A stretch of DNA of 64,000 bases from an uncultured Gemmatimonadaceae bacterium (GTDB taxonomy: Bacteria > Gemmatimonadota > Gemmatimonadetes > Gemmatimonadales > Gemmatimonadaceae), in assembly GCA_963790305.1 (NCBI GenBank), contig CAWBOC010000009.1, positions 1 to 64,000 of the forward strand. The letters are read 5' to 3'. Within the stretch, counting starts at the first letter, position 1. Every line of letters starts with the position of its first letter. Below, piece by piece: positions 22,138 through 33,151 of this stretch. The translations under genes and the position numbers were made by a program. The notes under the pieces are model-generated. The model saw only the letters and a program-made list of their open reading frames with translations, ran no database searches and was not told the DNA's origin.

Positions 22138-23307
22138 TCCATCTGTCTCCGAATGAAGGTCGGGATCTCCATGTCGCTGAGATCCTGTGCACCGCGACCT
22201 TCACCCGGCTGAGCGGGACGCCGCTGGCTGCCATCACTGACGACCGGACGCGGCGCCTGCAACGGCGCGCGCTGCGGGCGCTGCGCCGGGAACGGAATCA
22301 CCGGCGCGCCCTTCGGGGTGACCGGCTCCGGCTGCTGCGCCTGGACGGCACGATCAAAACCCGTAGCGATGACAGTGACGCGCACCTCACCCTGCATCGC
22401 CGGCTCGTGCACGGCACCGAAGATGATCTCCGCGTCGTCGCCGACGGCGTCGTGAATGATCTCGTTGATCTGATGGACTTCGCCGAGGGTGAGATCCTGT
22501 CCGCCGGTGATATTGACGAGCACGCCCGTGGCGCCCGAGATGGAGACGTTGTCGAGCAAGCGGGCTCGAGATCGCCTGCTGGGCCGCTTCCATCGCGCGG
22601 TTCTCGCCACGCCCGATGCCAGTGCCCATCAGCGCCGCCCCACCCTGCTGCATCACCGTACGCACGTCGGCGAAATCGACGTTGACGAGACCGGTGACGT
22701 TGATGAGGGCCGAGATGCCCTGCGTCGCATGGAGCAATACCTCGTCCGCTTTCTTGAGCGCGTCCTGGAACGGGATGCCCTTCCCCACCACCGCGAGCAG
22801 GCGCTCGTTGGGCACGACGATGATGGTGTCGACATGCTTCCGCATCTCCGCGATGCCCATTTCGGCCTGCCGCATCCGCTTCCGGCCCTCGAACAGGAAC
22901 GGCTTCGTCACGATGCCGACCGTCAGCGCCCCCGCATCGCGGGACATTTCGCAGATGATCGGCGCGGCACCGGTGCCCGTACCGCCACCCATGCCGCAGG
23001 TGACGAACACAAGGTCCGCATTCGTTAAGACACGCGCGACCTCGTCACGGTTTTCTTCGATCGCCTGACGACCGATTTCGGGTCGCGCGCCGGCGCCGAG
23101 CCCGCGCGTGAGCTTCTTGCCGATCTGAATCTTGACGTCGGACTTCGAATTCAGCAGCGCTTGCGCGTCGGTATTCACGGAGATGAACTCGACGCCTTCG
23201 AGGTGCTCTTCGATCATGCGGTTGACCGCATTCCCGCCGCCGCCACCGACGCCGACAACCTTCATCCGGGCGTTCTGGGAGGCGTTCTCTTCGAACTCGA
23301 AGATCAT
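22134..23307 (-). CDS. ftsZ: Cell division protein FtsZ, frameshift near 22560
   Basis: 'GGGTGTG' tubulin motif, 'NVDFADV', C-terminal 'DMEIPTFIRRQMD'. Confidence 0.97.
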
Positions 23308-23481
23308 CTGGTGGAGAGCTCCACTAGGCGTGGGACGGGACGTGCTGGAGGCGGGACGTGCAGGGCCGTGATTCCTCGCGGACCCGCTGGCGCGTCCCGC
23401 GTACTACCGAATCAGGCTCGGCCAATATAATGCTTTCGGGCGATGGCCGCACCCTTTCGTAACCGGCAAACCGTTGGCAAC

Positions 23482-24742
23482 TCAGAAGAAGTCCTGCAAC
23501 CAGTTCCTGACGCGCTGAACCAACTTATCCACACCCGGACTGCTCATCCGCCGGCCCGAAGCCGACCCACTAGCGCCGATCGCCATTCGGTGCGCCCCGT
23601 AATGGGCGAGCCCAACCACCGTCGCGAAGCGTGGAGCTTCCACCGCGTCGACCAGCCCCTTCACCCGCTCGGCCGGCGACCCGACCCGCACCCCCGTCCC
23701 GAAGACGTCGGTCGCCAACTCGGCCGCGCCTTGAATCGCGGCCGCTCCGCCGGTCAACACCATGCCCGCGCTCAGACGGCCGGAGTACCCGGCCGTCTGG
23801 ATGTCGCGCTGCACGAGATCGAAGACCTCGTCCATTCGCTGGTGGATGATGTGGCTGAGGAGCTCTCGCGGTACTTGCCGGTCTCCCTGCGCGACCGTGC
23901 TCGGAAGCACGATGGGCTCGTTCATCTGCCGGGCCATTGGCTCGTACGCGCATCCATAACGCTCCTTGAGACGCTCCGCATCCGCCTGCGTCACGCCAAG
24001 GCCGTGCACGATGTCGCTCGTCACCATGTTGCCGCCGAACGCGATCGTGCCCAGGTGCCGGATCTTCCCCTCGTGGAAGATCGCGAGGTCCGTCGTCCCC
24101 GCGCCCATCTCGACCAGCGCGACACCGAGCTCCTTCTCATCCTCGGTGAGCACGGAGAGCGCGCTGGCGAGCGGCTCGACCACGAGCTCACGCACGCCGT
24201 ATCCCGCCTTCTCCACCGAGCGGCGGAGATTCTGCGCCGGCGACGCCCCAATCGTGACCAGGTACATCTCCGTCTCGAGACGCATCCCGATCATTCCGAC
24301 CGGATCACGGATCCCCTTGTTCCGGTCGACGTGATACTCCTGGGGAATGGCATGCAGGAGCTCGCGGTCGGCCGGGATCGCGAGCGCGCGCGCGACTTCA
24401 TTCGCGCGATCGACGTCAGCTCGCGTGATCTCATCCCCGTTCACGGCAACGACCCCAGTACTGGTCATCGCCTGCACGTGCTCGCCCGCGATGCCACCGT
24501 AGACCCACTCGACCTTCGCGCCCGCCATGCGCTCCGCGTCGTGCATCGCCTTGCGGATGCTTCGCGTCGTTTCCTCGATGTCGGACACGACCCCTTTGCG
24601 CATGCCCGCCGGTCTTCGCCTGCCCGACGCCGAGGATCTTGATCGTGGGGTGCTTGGGTAGGTCGCCTTCCACCTCGGCGATGAGCGCCGTGGTCTTGGC
24701 GGACCCGATGTCGAGGCCGGCGACGAGACGGTCCGGATTCAT
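23482..24742 (-). CDS. ftsA: Cell division protein FtsA, frameshift near 24605
   Basis: 'AGLDIGSAKT', 'EPLASALSVLTEDEKELGV', 'VLTGG'. Confidence 0.96.
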
Positions 24743-25446
24743 TGCACCCTGGCGATCACCTGATCGCGATAGCGAAGATCGAGCTCCACCGCCCGTGCCT
24801 GACGACGTGCGAGGTCGGCCTCGACCGGCAGGATGTCGGCCAGTCGGTCCACGCTGACATCGTCCAGAGCGCGCACGTTCACGGCGCCTAACTCGAGCAC
24901 GATCTCCCGCCGGCCGGCGCGACGCGCGGCGCTCACGCGCTCGTACAGCTGTGGGGAACGCTCGCGAAGCTCGCCCAGCAAGCGCAGCACCGCCGTGTCC
25001 CGCCGTGCGAGCACGGGCAGGTCGACGTTGACACGACTGGGATCAATTGGGAGGGCTCGCCCTGCGGCATCCAGCGGTTCGAGACCGCGGGCCGTGGGCA
25101 CGAAGGCGACCGGCACGCGCTCAGTGATCGTCACGACAAGCGTGCCCGGCACGCGTCGCGCGATCTCGACGTCGCTCACTTGCGGATGTCTGCGCACCCG
25201 CGCAACCAGCTCGTCGGTCTCGTCCCATATGGATCGTGTAGTATCGACTCCGAGCAGCGCCACGATGGAATCAGCGCGGACATAACGAGCGCCCACGACC
25301 TGCACGTGGCGCAGACGAAAGAACGACAGCTCCGCGAGCACTCGCGGCCCCCACCCCGACCCAGTCCCGAGAATCGTCAGGCCAGCGATCACGAGAACGA
25401 GACGTGACCAGCGCCGCGGCCGTCCTTCGCGCTCTTCGTCGCTCAC
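24739..25446 (-). CDS. ftsQ: Cell division protein FtsQ/DivIB
   Basis: TM plus POTRA ('PGTLVVTITERVPVA'), 'LDLRYRDQVI'; sits before ftsA. Confidence 0.88.
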   Translation of the reverse strand: MSDEEREGRPRRWSRLVLVIAGLTILGTGSGWGPRVLAELSFFRLRHVQVVGARYVRADSIVALLGVDTTRSIWDETDELVARVRRHPQVSDVEIARRVPGTLVVTITERVPVAFVPTARGLEPLDAAGRALPIDPSRVNVDLPVLARRDTAVLRLLGELRERSPQLYERVSAARRAGRREIVLELGAVNVRALDDVSVDRLADILPVEADLARRQARAVELDLRYRDQVIARVQ

Positions 25447-26819
25447 GACTCGAGCCGCGCCAGCAGCTCCGGTCCCGTCTTCGTGATGTCCCCGGCACCG
25501 ATCGTCAGCACCACGTCCCCCTTGTGCACCGCCCCGGCCAGCGCCTCGGCCAACGACGGGCGGTCTCCACGCCAGGCGAGCGTGCCCCCTGCCCCATGCA
25601 ACGCGCGCTCGATGAGATCGGACGTCACTCCCTCGATCGGCTTCTCGCGCGCGGGGTAGATCTCGGTGAGAAACACCGCATCCGCCGCCGCAAGCGCCTG
25701 CCCAAACTCGCCCGCGAAGTCGCGCGTACGAGAATACAAGTGCGGTTGGAACGCCGCCAGCACCCGATGACCGGGAAATGCTGCGCGCGCCGCCGCGAGC
25801 GTCGCGCGAATCTCAGTGGGGTGATGCGCGTAGTCGTCGATCACCATCACCCCGCGTGCCGAGCCGAGTCGCTGGAAGCGCCGTTCGACGCCCGTGAACT
25901 CTCGAAGCGCGGCACCCATCGCATCCACCGAGGCCCCGAGTGCGATCCCGCTGCCGATCGCGGCCAGTGCATTGAGTACGTTGTGGCGCCCAGGAACGCC
26001 GAGCTCGACCTCGGCCAGCTCCTCCCCGTCGTAGACGATCTCGAACAGGGATCCCCCCGCCTCGCTGCGCACGTCAACGGCGCGCAACCGCGCATCGCGC
26101 GAAGCAAGACCATAGCGGATCACCTCGGTATCGCTCGGCGTCGCCAATGTGTTGGCGCCCGCGTCGTCGGCGCAGAGAACGATCGTGCGAGCCCCACGCA
26201 CGAACCGCGCGAAGGTGGCGCGAATGTCCTCGAGATCCTTGTAGATGTCGAGGTGATCGGCTTCGACGTTGGTGACGACGGCGACGGTCGGTGACAGTGC
26301 GAGGAAGGATCGGTCGTACTCATCGGCCTCCACGACGTAGAGCGTCGTCGAGCCCGCGCGCAGGTTGCCGCCCCACGCGGCGACGCGGCCGCCGACCACG
26401 CCCGTGGGATCGACGCCCGCGCCTGTGAGCGCGAGCGTGGTCATGACGGTGGTCGTGGTTTTCCCATGCGTCCCGGCGATCGCGACCAGCTCGCCGCCGG
26501 ACACCGCCTCGCCGAGCGCTTCCGCGCGCCTGATGACGGGGCGTCCCAGGGCGCGCGCACGCTCGAGCTCGGGATGGTCCTTTGGCATCGCGCTGGTCAC
26601 GACGAGCGCTCTGGCGCCTTCGACGTGTGCCGGATCGTGCCCTTGTACGATCGAGATTCCGAACCGCTCGAGATCCGCCGTTCCCGCGACGTTGGCATCG
26701 CACCCCGTCACGCGCACGCCCCGGCGAACGAACAGCTCCGCAAGCCCGCTCATGCCCGCTCCGGCAATGCCTACGAAGTGAACGGGACGCGGGTCAGAGG
26801 TGTCGAGCAAGGATGGCAT
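25443..26819 (-). CDS. murC: UDP-N-acetylmuramate--L-alanine ligase
   Basis: 'HFVGIAGAGMSG', 'GTHGKTTT', 'EADEYD', 'DDYAHHPTEI', 'FQPHLYSRT'. Confidence 0.97.
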   Translation of the reverse strand: MPSLLDTSDPRPVHFVGIAGAGMSGLAELFVRRGVRVTGCDANVAGTADLERFGISIVQGHDPAHVEGARALVVTSAMPKDHPELERARALGRPVIRRAEALGEAVSGGELVAIAGTHGKTTTTVMTTLALTGAGVDPTGVVGGRVAAWGGNLRAGSTTLYVVEADEYDRSFLALSPTVAVVTNVEADHLDIYKDLEDIRATFARFVRGARTIVLCADDAGANTLATPSDTEVIRYGLASRDARLRAVDVRSEAGGSLFEIVYDGEELAEVELGVPGRHNVLNALAAIGSGIALGASVDAMGAALREFTGVERRFQRLGSARGVMVIDDYAHHPTEIRATLAAARAAFPGHRVLAAFQPHLYSRTRDFAGEFGQALAAADAVFLTEIYPAREKPIEGVTSDLIERALHGAGGTLAWRGDRPSLAEALAGAVHKGDVVLTIGAGDITKTGPELLARLES

Positions 26820-26984
26820 CTGCCTTACGAGTCGTGTTCGAGATTGGGGCGCCAGGGCCACCGATTGCTGAACTGCCGAATGACACGAAGCACACCAATG
26901 ACTCGGGGTGTCCGTGGCGTTGGCGAGTTGTCCCTCGACCCCTCGGTTCGCGCGCCGCAAGATACCCGGGCATGCGCGCGCGAC

Positions 26985-28076
26985 TCAAGCACGCGCGAGC
27001 GCGAGCACGCGCTTCGCGATCGTCTCCGCCGCCTCCGGCCGGCCCCGGGCGAGCGCGGCCCGCGCCATCGCATCGAGCCGCGCTGTGTCACCGACCAGCG
27101 ATCGCACCTCGCGATCGAGGCGCTCGACGTTCAACTCGCGCTGGGGTAGCTCGCGCGCAGCGCCCGAGGCGACGAGTGCGCGCGCGTTGGCGGTTTGGTG
27201 ATCGGCCGCGGCCGTGGGCAGGGGCACGAGGATGCTCGGGATACCCCACGCGCACAGCTCGGCGAGGGTGAGCGCGCCCGCGCGTGTAACCGCGACGTCA
27301 GCGGCCGCGTACGCATCGGCAATCGGCGACAAGTAGGGCCGAACGCGCACACGCGGTGATTCGAGCTTCGCGTAGTCACTGAAGGCCGCCTTGCCCGTGG
27401 CCCAAATGACGTGCAGGCCGTCGGGAAGGCTGGCGGGGACCCAGGCGCCCACCACTTCATTGAGCACGCGCGCGCCCTGACTTCCTCCGGTGATGAGTAA
27501 CACTCGACCCGAGGCGGGAAAGCCCCAGGAATTGCGCGCGACGTCGCGCGCGGGGCGCGGTATTGGCGGCGGCTCAATCGGATTCCCGGTCTCTTCCATC
27601 CACGCGCCGCGCCGCGGGCGCAGCGATTGCGCCGCTTCGCCGTAGCCCAGGTAGATCTCGCGGGCGACGCGCGCGATGAAGCGCGCCGTGATGCCGGCAA
27701 AGGAATTCTGCTCCTGCAGTGCGACAGGCACGCCGTGCGCCGCACCCCAGGCGCAGGTAGCGGCCGCGGCGTACCCGCCCGTTCCCACGATCGCGGCCGG
27801 CCGCTCTTCCCGCGCCAGGGCGCCGATCTCGCGCCACGCGTTGGCGAATCCAACGATGGTACGCCAGTTCTGCCAGGGACGGCTGCGATAGAGCGGATGA
27901 AGGTCGAGCAGACGGTGCGGGAACCCGCTCGCGGGGAGCACCTCGCGCTCGATGCCACGACGCGCCCCCACGAAGTAGGGGCGCGCGCTAGGGTCGAGCC
28001 GTTGCACCGCGCGGGCAATGGCGAGGCCCGGGTAGAGGTGCCCACCGGTCCCGCCGCCAGCGAACAGAATCCTCAT
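26985..28076 (-). CDS. murG: Lipid II GlcNAc transferase
   Basis: 'AGGGTGGHLYPG', 'GGSQGA', 'DHQTANA'. Confidence 0.97.
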   Translation of the reverse strand: MRILFAGGGTGGHLYPGLAIARAVQRLDPSARPYFVGARRGIEREVLPASGFPHRLLDLHPLYRSRPWQNWRTIVGFANAWREIGALAREERPAAIVGTGGYAAAATCAWGAAHGVPVALQEQNSFAGITARFIARVAREIYLGYGEAAQSLRPRRGAWMEETGNPIEPPPIPRPARDVARNSWGFPASGRVLLITGGSQGARVLNEVVGAWVPASLPDGLHVIWATGKAAFSDYAKLESPRVRVRPYLSPIADAYAAADVAVTRAGALTLAELCAWGIPSILVPLPTAAADHQTANARALVASGAARELPQRELNVERLDREVRSLVGDTARLDAMARAALARGRPEAAETIAKRVLALARA

Positions 28077-29260
28077 GCCCGCGCGTGCGCGAGCGTCACC
28101 GGATCGCTGGCCGTCGCGCCTACTACCCGCTCGTGACGGCTGGCGATGTTGACGAGAATCCCCGTGATGAGGAAGGAGAGGATGAGGTTCGACCGGCCAT
28201 AGCTGAAGAACGGCAGCGTCAACCCGGTCGTCGGCAGGAGGCCAATGACCACACCGATGTGCAGGTAGGCGGTGATCACCGTCGTGGCGGTGAGGCCCAG
28301 CGCGAGCAGCTGCTGGAACTTGGTGCGAGCCATGTTCGCGATGCGGAACCCGAGCACACCGTAAAGTGTGAAGCCCGCCACGAGCAGGAGCAGTCCGACG
28401 AAGCCCCACTCCTCCCCGACGTTGCTGGCGATGAAATCATTGAACGGATACGGCAGGAAGCCGGTCTGCTGTCGGCCTTCACCGTAGCCGACGCCAAAGA
28501 GCCGGCCGGATCCGACCGCGATGAGCGACTGCCGTAGCTGATAGTGCGCCTCGGCGGGCGCCGCCCCTGGATCGAGGAAGCTCGTGAGGCGCAGCAACGC
28601 ATACTGCACACGCTCCATCTCGCGCCAGAGGATCGGGATTGCCAGCACCCCGAGCACGACGAAATGGCCAATGCGTACGCCGCCCGCGAACAGGACCAGA
28701 CCCATGAGCACGGTGAACATCATCGCCATCGACAGGTCGGGCTCGAGGATGACCAACAGATCGAGCACACCCACGACGATGAGAAACGGAAGCAGTCCCT
28801 TCGTGAGGCGGCGCATCTTGTCGCCCTTCTTCACCACCAGCATCGCCGTCCAGACGACGATGGCGAGCTTCGCGAGCTCGGACGGCTGCACGGTGAAGCC
28901 CACCGTCAGCCACCGGCGCGATCCATTGAGGCGTGGAGCGACGGCCCCGGTGAACGGAAGAATGAGCACGAGGAGCAGCAGAATGCTGAGCCCCATCAGC
29001 GGCCACGCCCACGTGCGCCACTTCTCCGCGTCGAGCTTGGCGGCGATCGCGAAGACGACGCACCCGGCGAGCACTCCGGCGAGCTGGCGCACCAGGTAGT
29101 GCGCGCTGGAGTGGCCCCCTTGAACCGCGAGCACCGCGCTCGAGCTGTAGAGCACGACGAGCCCGAACGACAGCAGAATTGCCGTGACGAGCACCAGAGC
29201 TCTCGCCTCGACGCTCATCCGCCAGCGCGTTCGCTCGTGCTCGATCGCAACCGCTCCCAT
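28073..29260 (-). CDS. ftsW: SEDS peptidoglycan polymerase FtsW
   Basis: Polytopic; 'NGSRRWL', 'QPSELAK', 'GLTLPFFSYG'. Confidence 0.95.
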   Translation of the reverse strand: MGAVAIEHERTRWRMSVEARALVLVTAILLSFGLVVLYSSSAVLAVQGGHSSAHYLVRQLAGVLAGCVVFAIAAKLDAEKWRTWAWPLMGLSILLLLVLILPFTGAVAPRLNGSRRWLTVGFTVQPSELAKLAIVVWTAMLVVKKGDKMRRLTKGLLPFLIVVGVLDLLVILEPDLSMAMMFTVLMGLVLFAGGVRIGHFVVLGVLAIPILWREMERVQYALLRLTSFLDPGAAPAEAHYQLRQSLIAVGSGRLFGVGYGEGRQQTGFLPYPFNDFIASNVGEEWGFVGLLLLVAGFTLYGVLGFRIANMARTKFQQLLALGLTATTVITAYLHIGVVIGLLPTTGLTLPFFSYGRSNLILSFLITGILVNIASRHERVVGATASDPVTLAHARA

Positions 29261-30642
29261 TATTGTCGCCCTCCCACCGCAAGGCGCTTGAACGTGGCGC
29301 CTCGCTCCTCGTAGTTCTTGAACATGTCGTAGCTGGAGCAGGCTGGAGACAACAGCACGACGTCACCCGGCGTCGCGAGCGCGCGCGCGCGCGCGAGGAC
29401 CTCCTCGAAGTCCGATCCCAGCCGCTCGAGCGGAACGACACCGCGCAGGTCCTGCTCGATGATGGGGGCCGCTTCACCGTACGCGAGCACCGCCTTCCCG
29501 TTCTGTCGCAGCGGCTCCGCAAGCGCGCGGTACGGCTCGCCCTTGTGGCGGCCCCCGAGGAGCAGAATCGTCGGTCGAGTCATCCCCTGGATCGCCACGA
29601 GCGTCGAGCTGACGTTGGTGGCCTTGGAGTCGTTGATCCACATGACGCCGTTCGATTCGCCGGCGATCTCGAGGCGATGCTTGAGCGCGTGGAACGTGCG
29701 CAGGCCATTACCAATGCGCGCACGGGCCTCGGGCGTCGCGTTCCCCTTGTCGGCAATCATCACCGCGAGCGATGCCGCCAAGGCATTGGCCACATTGTGA
29801 TCGCCGAACAGGTTCAGCTCTCGACGCGGAAGCAGCGGTGACCCTCCCACCACGAGCGCATCGTTCACGCGATCGTAGGTGGCATCGGCATCCGTCTGCT
29901 TGAGCGAGAACCGCTTGTGCGTGCCGACCGCCTCCCGAGCGAGATCGATGGCTGCGCGATCGTCCCCGTTCACGACCCACCGGGAGATCGTTTTTGCGTT
30001 GCGAAAGAGGAGCTTCTTGTCAGCGTAATACTCCTCGACGGTGGCGTAGCGATCGAGATGGTCGGGGGCGAGGTTCGTCAGCACCCCAACGGTCGGCGCA
30101 ATGCCCGGCGTGTCATGCAGCTGAAATGACGACAGCTCCAGGGCGATCCAGCGCGGCGGCTTGCGCTCCATGGCGACGGCGGCGAGCGGCGTGCCAATGT
30201 TGCCGGCATCGATGGCGTCGAGCCCGATCGCTCGCAGCAGGTGGCCGACGAGCGCCGTGGTCGTCGTCTTCCCGTTCGTACCGGTGACCGCGATGACCTT
30301 CGCCTCGGGGAGCGCGCGCAGCGCGATCTCGATCTCACTGACGACAGGCACCCGTGCTTCCCGGGCACGCTCGAGCGCGGTCGCGTCAGGCGGCACACCA
30401 GGGCTGGCGACGACGAGGCTCGAGCGCGAAATACGCTCGAGGTCGTGCGATCCAATGTCGGCGTCCGCACCCTCCACGCGCAGCTCTTTCGCGCCTTCGC
30501 GCACTCCGTCCGACGAGCCGGCATCGGATGCGTAGACGCGCAGCCCTTCGCGCCTCAACAGCCGCGCCGCGGCGACACCGCTCTTCCCGAGCCCAATGAT
30601 CGCGATTTCTCCGCTTCGCCACTTCTCCGGCAGCGTGATCAT
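29260..30642 (-). CDS. murD: UDP-MurNAc-L-Ala--D-Glu ligase
   Basis: 'GLGKSG', 'GTNGKTTT', 'ELSSFQL', 'NDSKATN', 'LSPACSSYDMF'. Confidence 0.97.
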   Translation of the reverse strand: MITLPEKWRSGEIAIIGLGKSGVAAARLLRREGLRVYASDAGSSDGVREGAKELRVEGADADIGSHDLERISRSSLVVASPGVPPDATALERAREARVPVVSEIEIALRALPEAKVIAVTGTNGKTTTTALVGHLLRAIGLDAIDAGNIGTPLAAVAMERKPPRWIALELSSFQLHDTPGIAPTVGVLTNLAPDHLDRYATVEEYYADKKLLFRNAKTISRWVVNGDDRAAIDLAREAVGTHKRFSLKQTDADATYDRVNDALVVGGSPLLPRRELNLFGDHNVANALAASLAVMIADKGNATPEARARIGNGLRTFHALKHRLEIAGESNGVMWINDSKATNVSSTLVAIQGMTRPTILLLGGRHKGEPYRALAEPLRQNGKAVLAYGEAAPIIEQDLRGVVPLERLGSDFEEVLARARALATPGDVVLLSPACSSYDMFKNYEERGATFKRLAVGGRQ

Positions 30643-31772
30643 CGCAGCTTCAGCGTGCTGAGGGCAATGAACGCGCAGAAGATGCCGAGGATCCAGAAGC
30701 GCACGACGACCTGCGTCTCCGGCCACCCGAGCATCTCGAAGTGGTGGTGCAAGGGCGCGCGCAGGAACACGCGATGTTGACGCGCGTACTCCACGCCATA
30801 CCGCCGCTTCCGGTACTTGAACATCACGCGCTGCAGAATCACCGACATCGTCTCGGCCACGAACATGCCGCCGATGAGCAGCAGCAGGAACTCCGACTTG
30901 AGCAGGATGGCCACGGCGCCTAACGCGCCGCCCAGCGCGAGGGCCCCGGTGTCTCCCATGAAGACCTGCGCGGGCTTGGCATTATACCAGAGGAATCCGA
31001 CGCAGGCACCGAAGATCGCGACGCAGAATACGGTGAGCTCGCCCGCTCCGCGCAGATAGTAGATGCCGAGGTACTGGCTGGCATCGATGCGGCCGATCAG
31101 GTACGCGAACAGCGCGAAGGTGCCGGCGGCGATGGCGACGAGCCCCGAGGCGAGCCCGTCGAGTCCATCGGTGAGATTCACCGCGTTGCTCGTCCCGGTG
31201 AGGATGAACGCCACGAACGGCACGTACATCCACGCGAACCATGGCACGATCAGGATGTACTTGTAGAACGGGAGGGTCGTCGACGCGCCGGGAAGCGTCG
31301 AGAGCGGGAACAGCCACAGATACACGCCGAGGATGGTGCCGAGCGACAGCTGGCCAATGAGCTTGTAGCGCTCGACGAGGCCTTCGTTCTTCTTCCCTTC
31401 CCGCTTCTGCTTGAGCTTGAGGTAGTCGTCGAGGAAGCCGATCCCGCCCATCCAGGCGGTGACGAACAGGGCCAGCCACACGTAGCGATTCGTCAGCCGC
31501 GCCCAGAGGAGTGTCGCGACGATCACCGACAGGAGGATGATCAGCCCGCCCATCGTGGGCGTGGTCTTCTTCTCCTGGTGCGAGTCGGGGGTGCCCTCGC
31601 GGATGACCTGGTGAATCTGCATTCCGCGCAGCCGGCGAATGATCGGCGGCCCGACGAGAAACGCCATCACGATCGCCGTGACCACCGCGCCAGCCGCGCG
31701 GAACGTGATGTAATTGAAGAGACGCAGCGCGCCCCAGTATTCCGTGAGCGGAGTGAGCAGGTGGTAGAGCAC
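30639..31772 (-). CDS. mraY: Phospho-MurNAc-pentapeptide transferase
   Basis: 'TPTMGG', 'GFLDDY', 'NLTDGLDGLA', 'FMGDTG', 'APLHHHFE'. Confidence 0.97.
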   Translation of the reverse strand: MLYHLLTPLTEYWGALRLFNYITFRAAGAVVTAIVMAFLVGPPIIRRLRGMQIHQVIREGTPDSHQEKKTTPTMGGLIILLSVIVATLLWARLTNRYVWLALFVTAWMGGIGFLDDYLKLKQKREGKKNEGLVERYKLIGQLSLGTILGVYLWLFPLSTLPGASTTLPFYKYILIVPWFAWMYVPFVAFILTGTSNAVNLTDGLDGLASGLVAIAAGTFALFAYLIGRIDASQYLGIYYLRGAGELTVFCVAIFGACVGFLWYNAKPAQVFMGDTGALALGGALGAVAILLKSEFLLLLIGGMFVAETMSVILQRVMFKYRKRRYGVEYARQHRVFLRAPLHHHFEMLGWPETQVVVRFWILGIFCAFIALSTLKLR

Positions 31773-33151
31773 TAACCGTTGGCCCAGGCAGTGAGATGAG
31801 GGACGAGTCGTTCGAGCCGCACTCCCCGCGACGCCTTGAGGAGAATCACTGCATCGCGAGCGAGTCGTGGCGCGAGCGTCTGCCACAGCTCATCGATGTC
31901 CGGCGCGGCCACCACCCGCGCATCGTCCCGTCCCGCGCGACGCAACGCGTCGCCCATCTCCCCCACGCCGGCCACGACTTCGATGGACGACCGAAGGGCC
32001 CGATCGGCAATCTCCGCGTGCAGACGCTCGGCGTGGGCGCCCAGCTCGCGCATCCCGCCGAGGACGGCAACCCGTTGTCGCCCGCGGCCCACCGAATCGA
32101 GCAGCTCGAGGGCCGCGCGCATGGATCCAGGGTTGGCGTTGTAGGCGTCGTTGATCAGCGTCGCGGTGCCAACCTTCTCCCAGGCGAGTCGCATCGACGG
32201 CACCGGCATCGCAGCGATGCCCTCGGCGGCGAGCTCGAGCGACACCCCGCACTCCTGAGCGACAGCCAGCGCGAGCATCGTGTTGCGCAGATTGTGGAAT
32301 CCCCGGAGGGGAGGTCGCACGGTCACGCCCCGAACGCTCAGGCGACCGAGGCCATCCTCCTCGACCGTCCACTCGTCGGCGTGAAGATCGCCAGACTCGA
32401 GACCAGCGACGACGAGGCGGCGCGCGCGCCCTTTCGCCGCTTCGGCGATCTCCGGCTGTGCGGCGGGGACGATTCCCACACCGACCCCATCGAAGATCGA
32501 TACCTTCTCGCGCATCACCCCGTCGACGCTCCCCAGTCCCTCGAGGTGCCCTTCGGCCACCGAGGTCACGATGGCGATGTCCGGCTCGGCGATCGCGCGT
32601 AACGCCGCAATCTCACCGGGAATGCTCATTCCCATTTCGCATACCGCGATGTCCGCTTCATCGCGAAGCGCGAGCAAGGTGAGGGGCACTCCGATGCGGT
32701 TGTTCAGGTTCCCGGTCGTCGCGTGCACGTCCAGCGCGGCGCCCAGCGCGGCGCGGGTGAGATCCTTCGTGCTCGTCTTGCCGTTGGTGCCCGTGATCGC
32801 GACGACCGGCTTGCCCCACGCGCGCCGTCGAAAGCGTGCGAGGGCGCCGAGTGCCACCGTCGTGTCGGGTACGGCGAACACCGGTACGCCCAGGCCCCCG
32901 GTCCGCTCCGGCCTGGCGACGACCAGCGCCGATGCGCCTTTCGCGACCGCGTCGGGCAGAAAGTCGTGCGCGTCGAAGCGCTCACCAGCGAGCGCAACGA
33001 ACAGGTCGCCTGCGGCGATGTTTCGCGTGTCGGTCGATACGCCCTGCAGCGTCGTCGCGCCACGAGGCCATTGTGTGCGAGCACGCTGGGCGGGAAAGGC
33101 GTCGCCCATGGCCGCGGCGACGTGATCGAGTGTCCAGAACGGAGTGCTCAC
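31772..33151 (-). CDS. murF: UDP-MurNAc-tripeptide--D-Ala-D-Ala ligase
   Basis: 'GTNGKTSTK', 'NNRIGVPLT', 'NDAYNANP', 'LKASRG'. Confidence 0.96.
   Translation of the reverse strand: MSTPFWTLDHVAAAMGDAFPAQRARTQWPRGATTLQGVSTDTRNIAAGDLFVALAGERFDAHDFLPDAVAKGASALVVARPERTGGLGVPVFAVPDTTVALGALARFRRRAWGKPVVAITGTNGKTSTKDLTRAALGAALDVHATTGNLNNRIGVPLTLLALRDEADIAVCEMGMSIPGEIAALRAIAEPDIAIVTSVAEGHLEGLGSVDGVMREKVSIFDGVGVGIVPAAQPEIAEAAKGRARRLVVAGLESGDLHADEWTVEEDGLGRLSVRGVTVRPPLRGFHNLRNTMLALAVAQECGVSLELAAEGIAAMPVPSMRLAWEKVGTATLINDAYNANPGSMRAALELLDSVGRGRQRVAVLGGMRELGAHAERLHAEIADRALRSSIEVVAGVGEMGDALRRAGRDDARVVAAPDIDELWQTLAPRLARDAVILLKASRGVRLERLVPHLTAWANG

Noticed and set aside
26822..26984. Possible repeat or small RNA in the murG-murC gap
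   Set aside because: Only a weak degenerate 8-mer pattern (ttgctgaa/ctgccgaa); no convincing stem or known RNA motif
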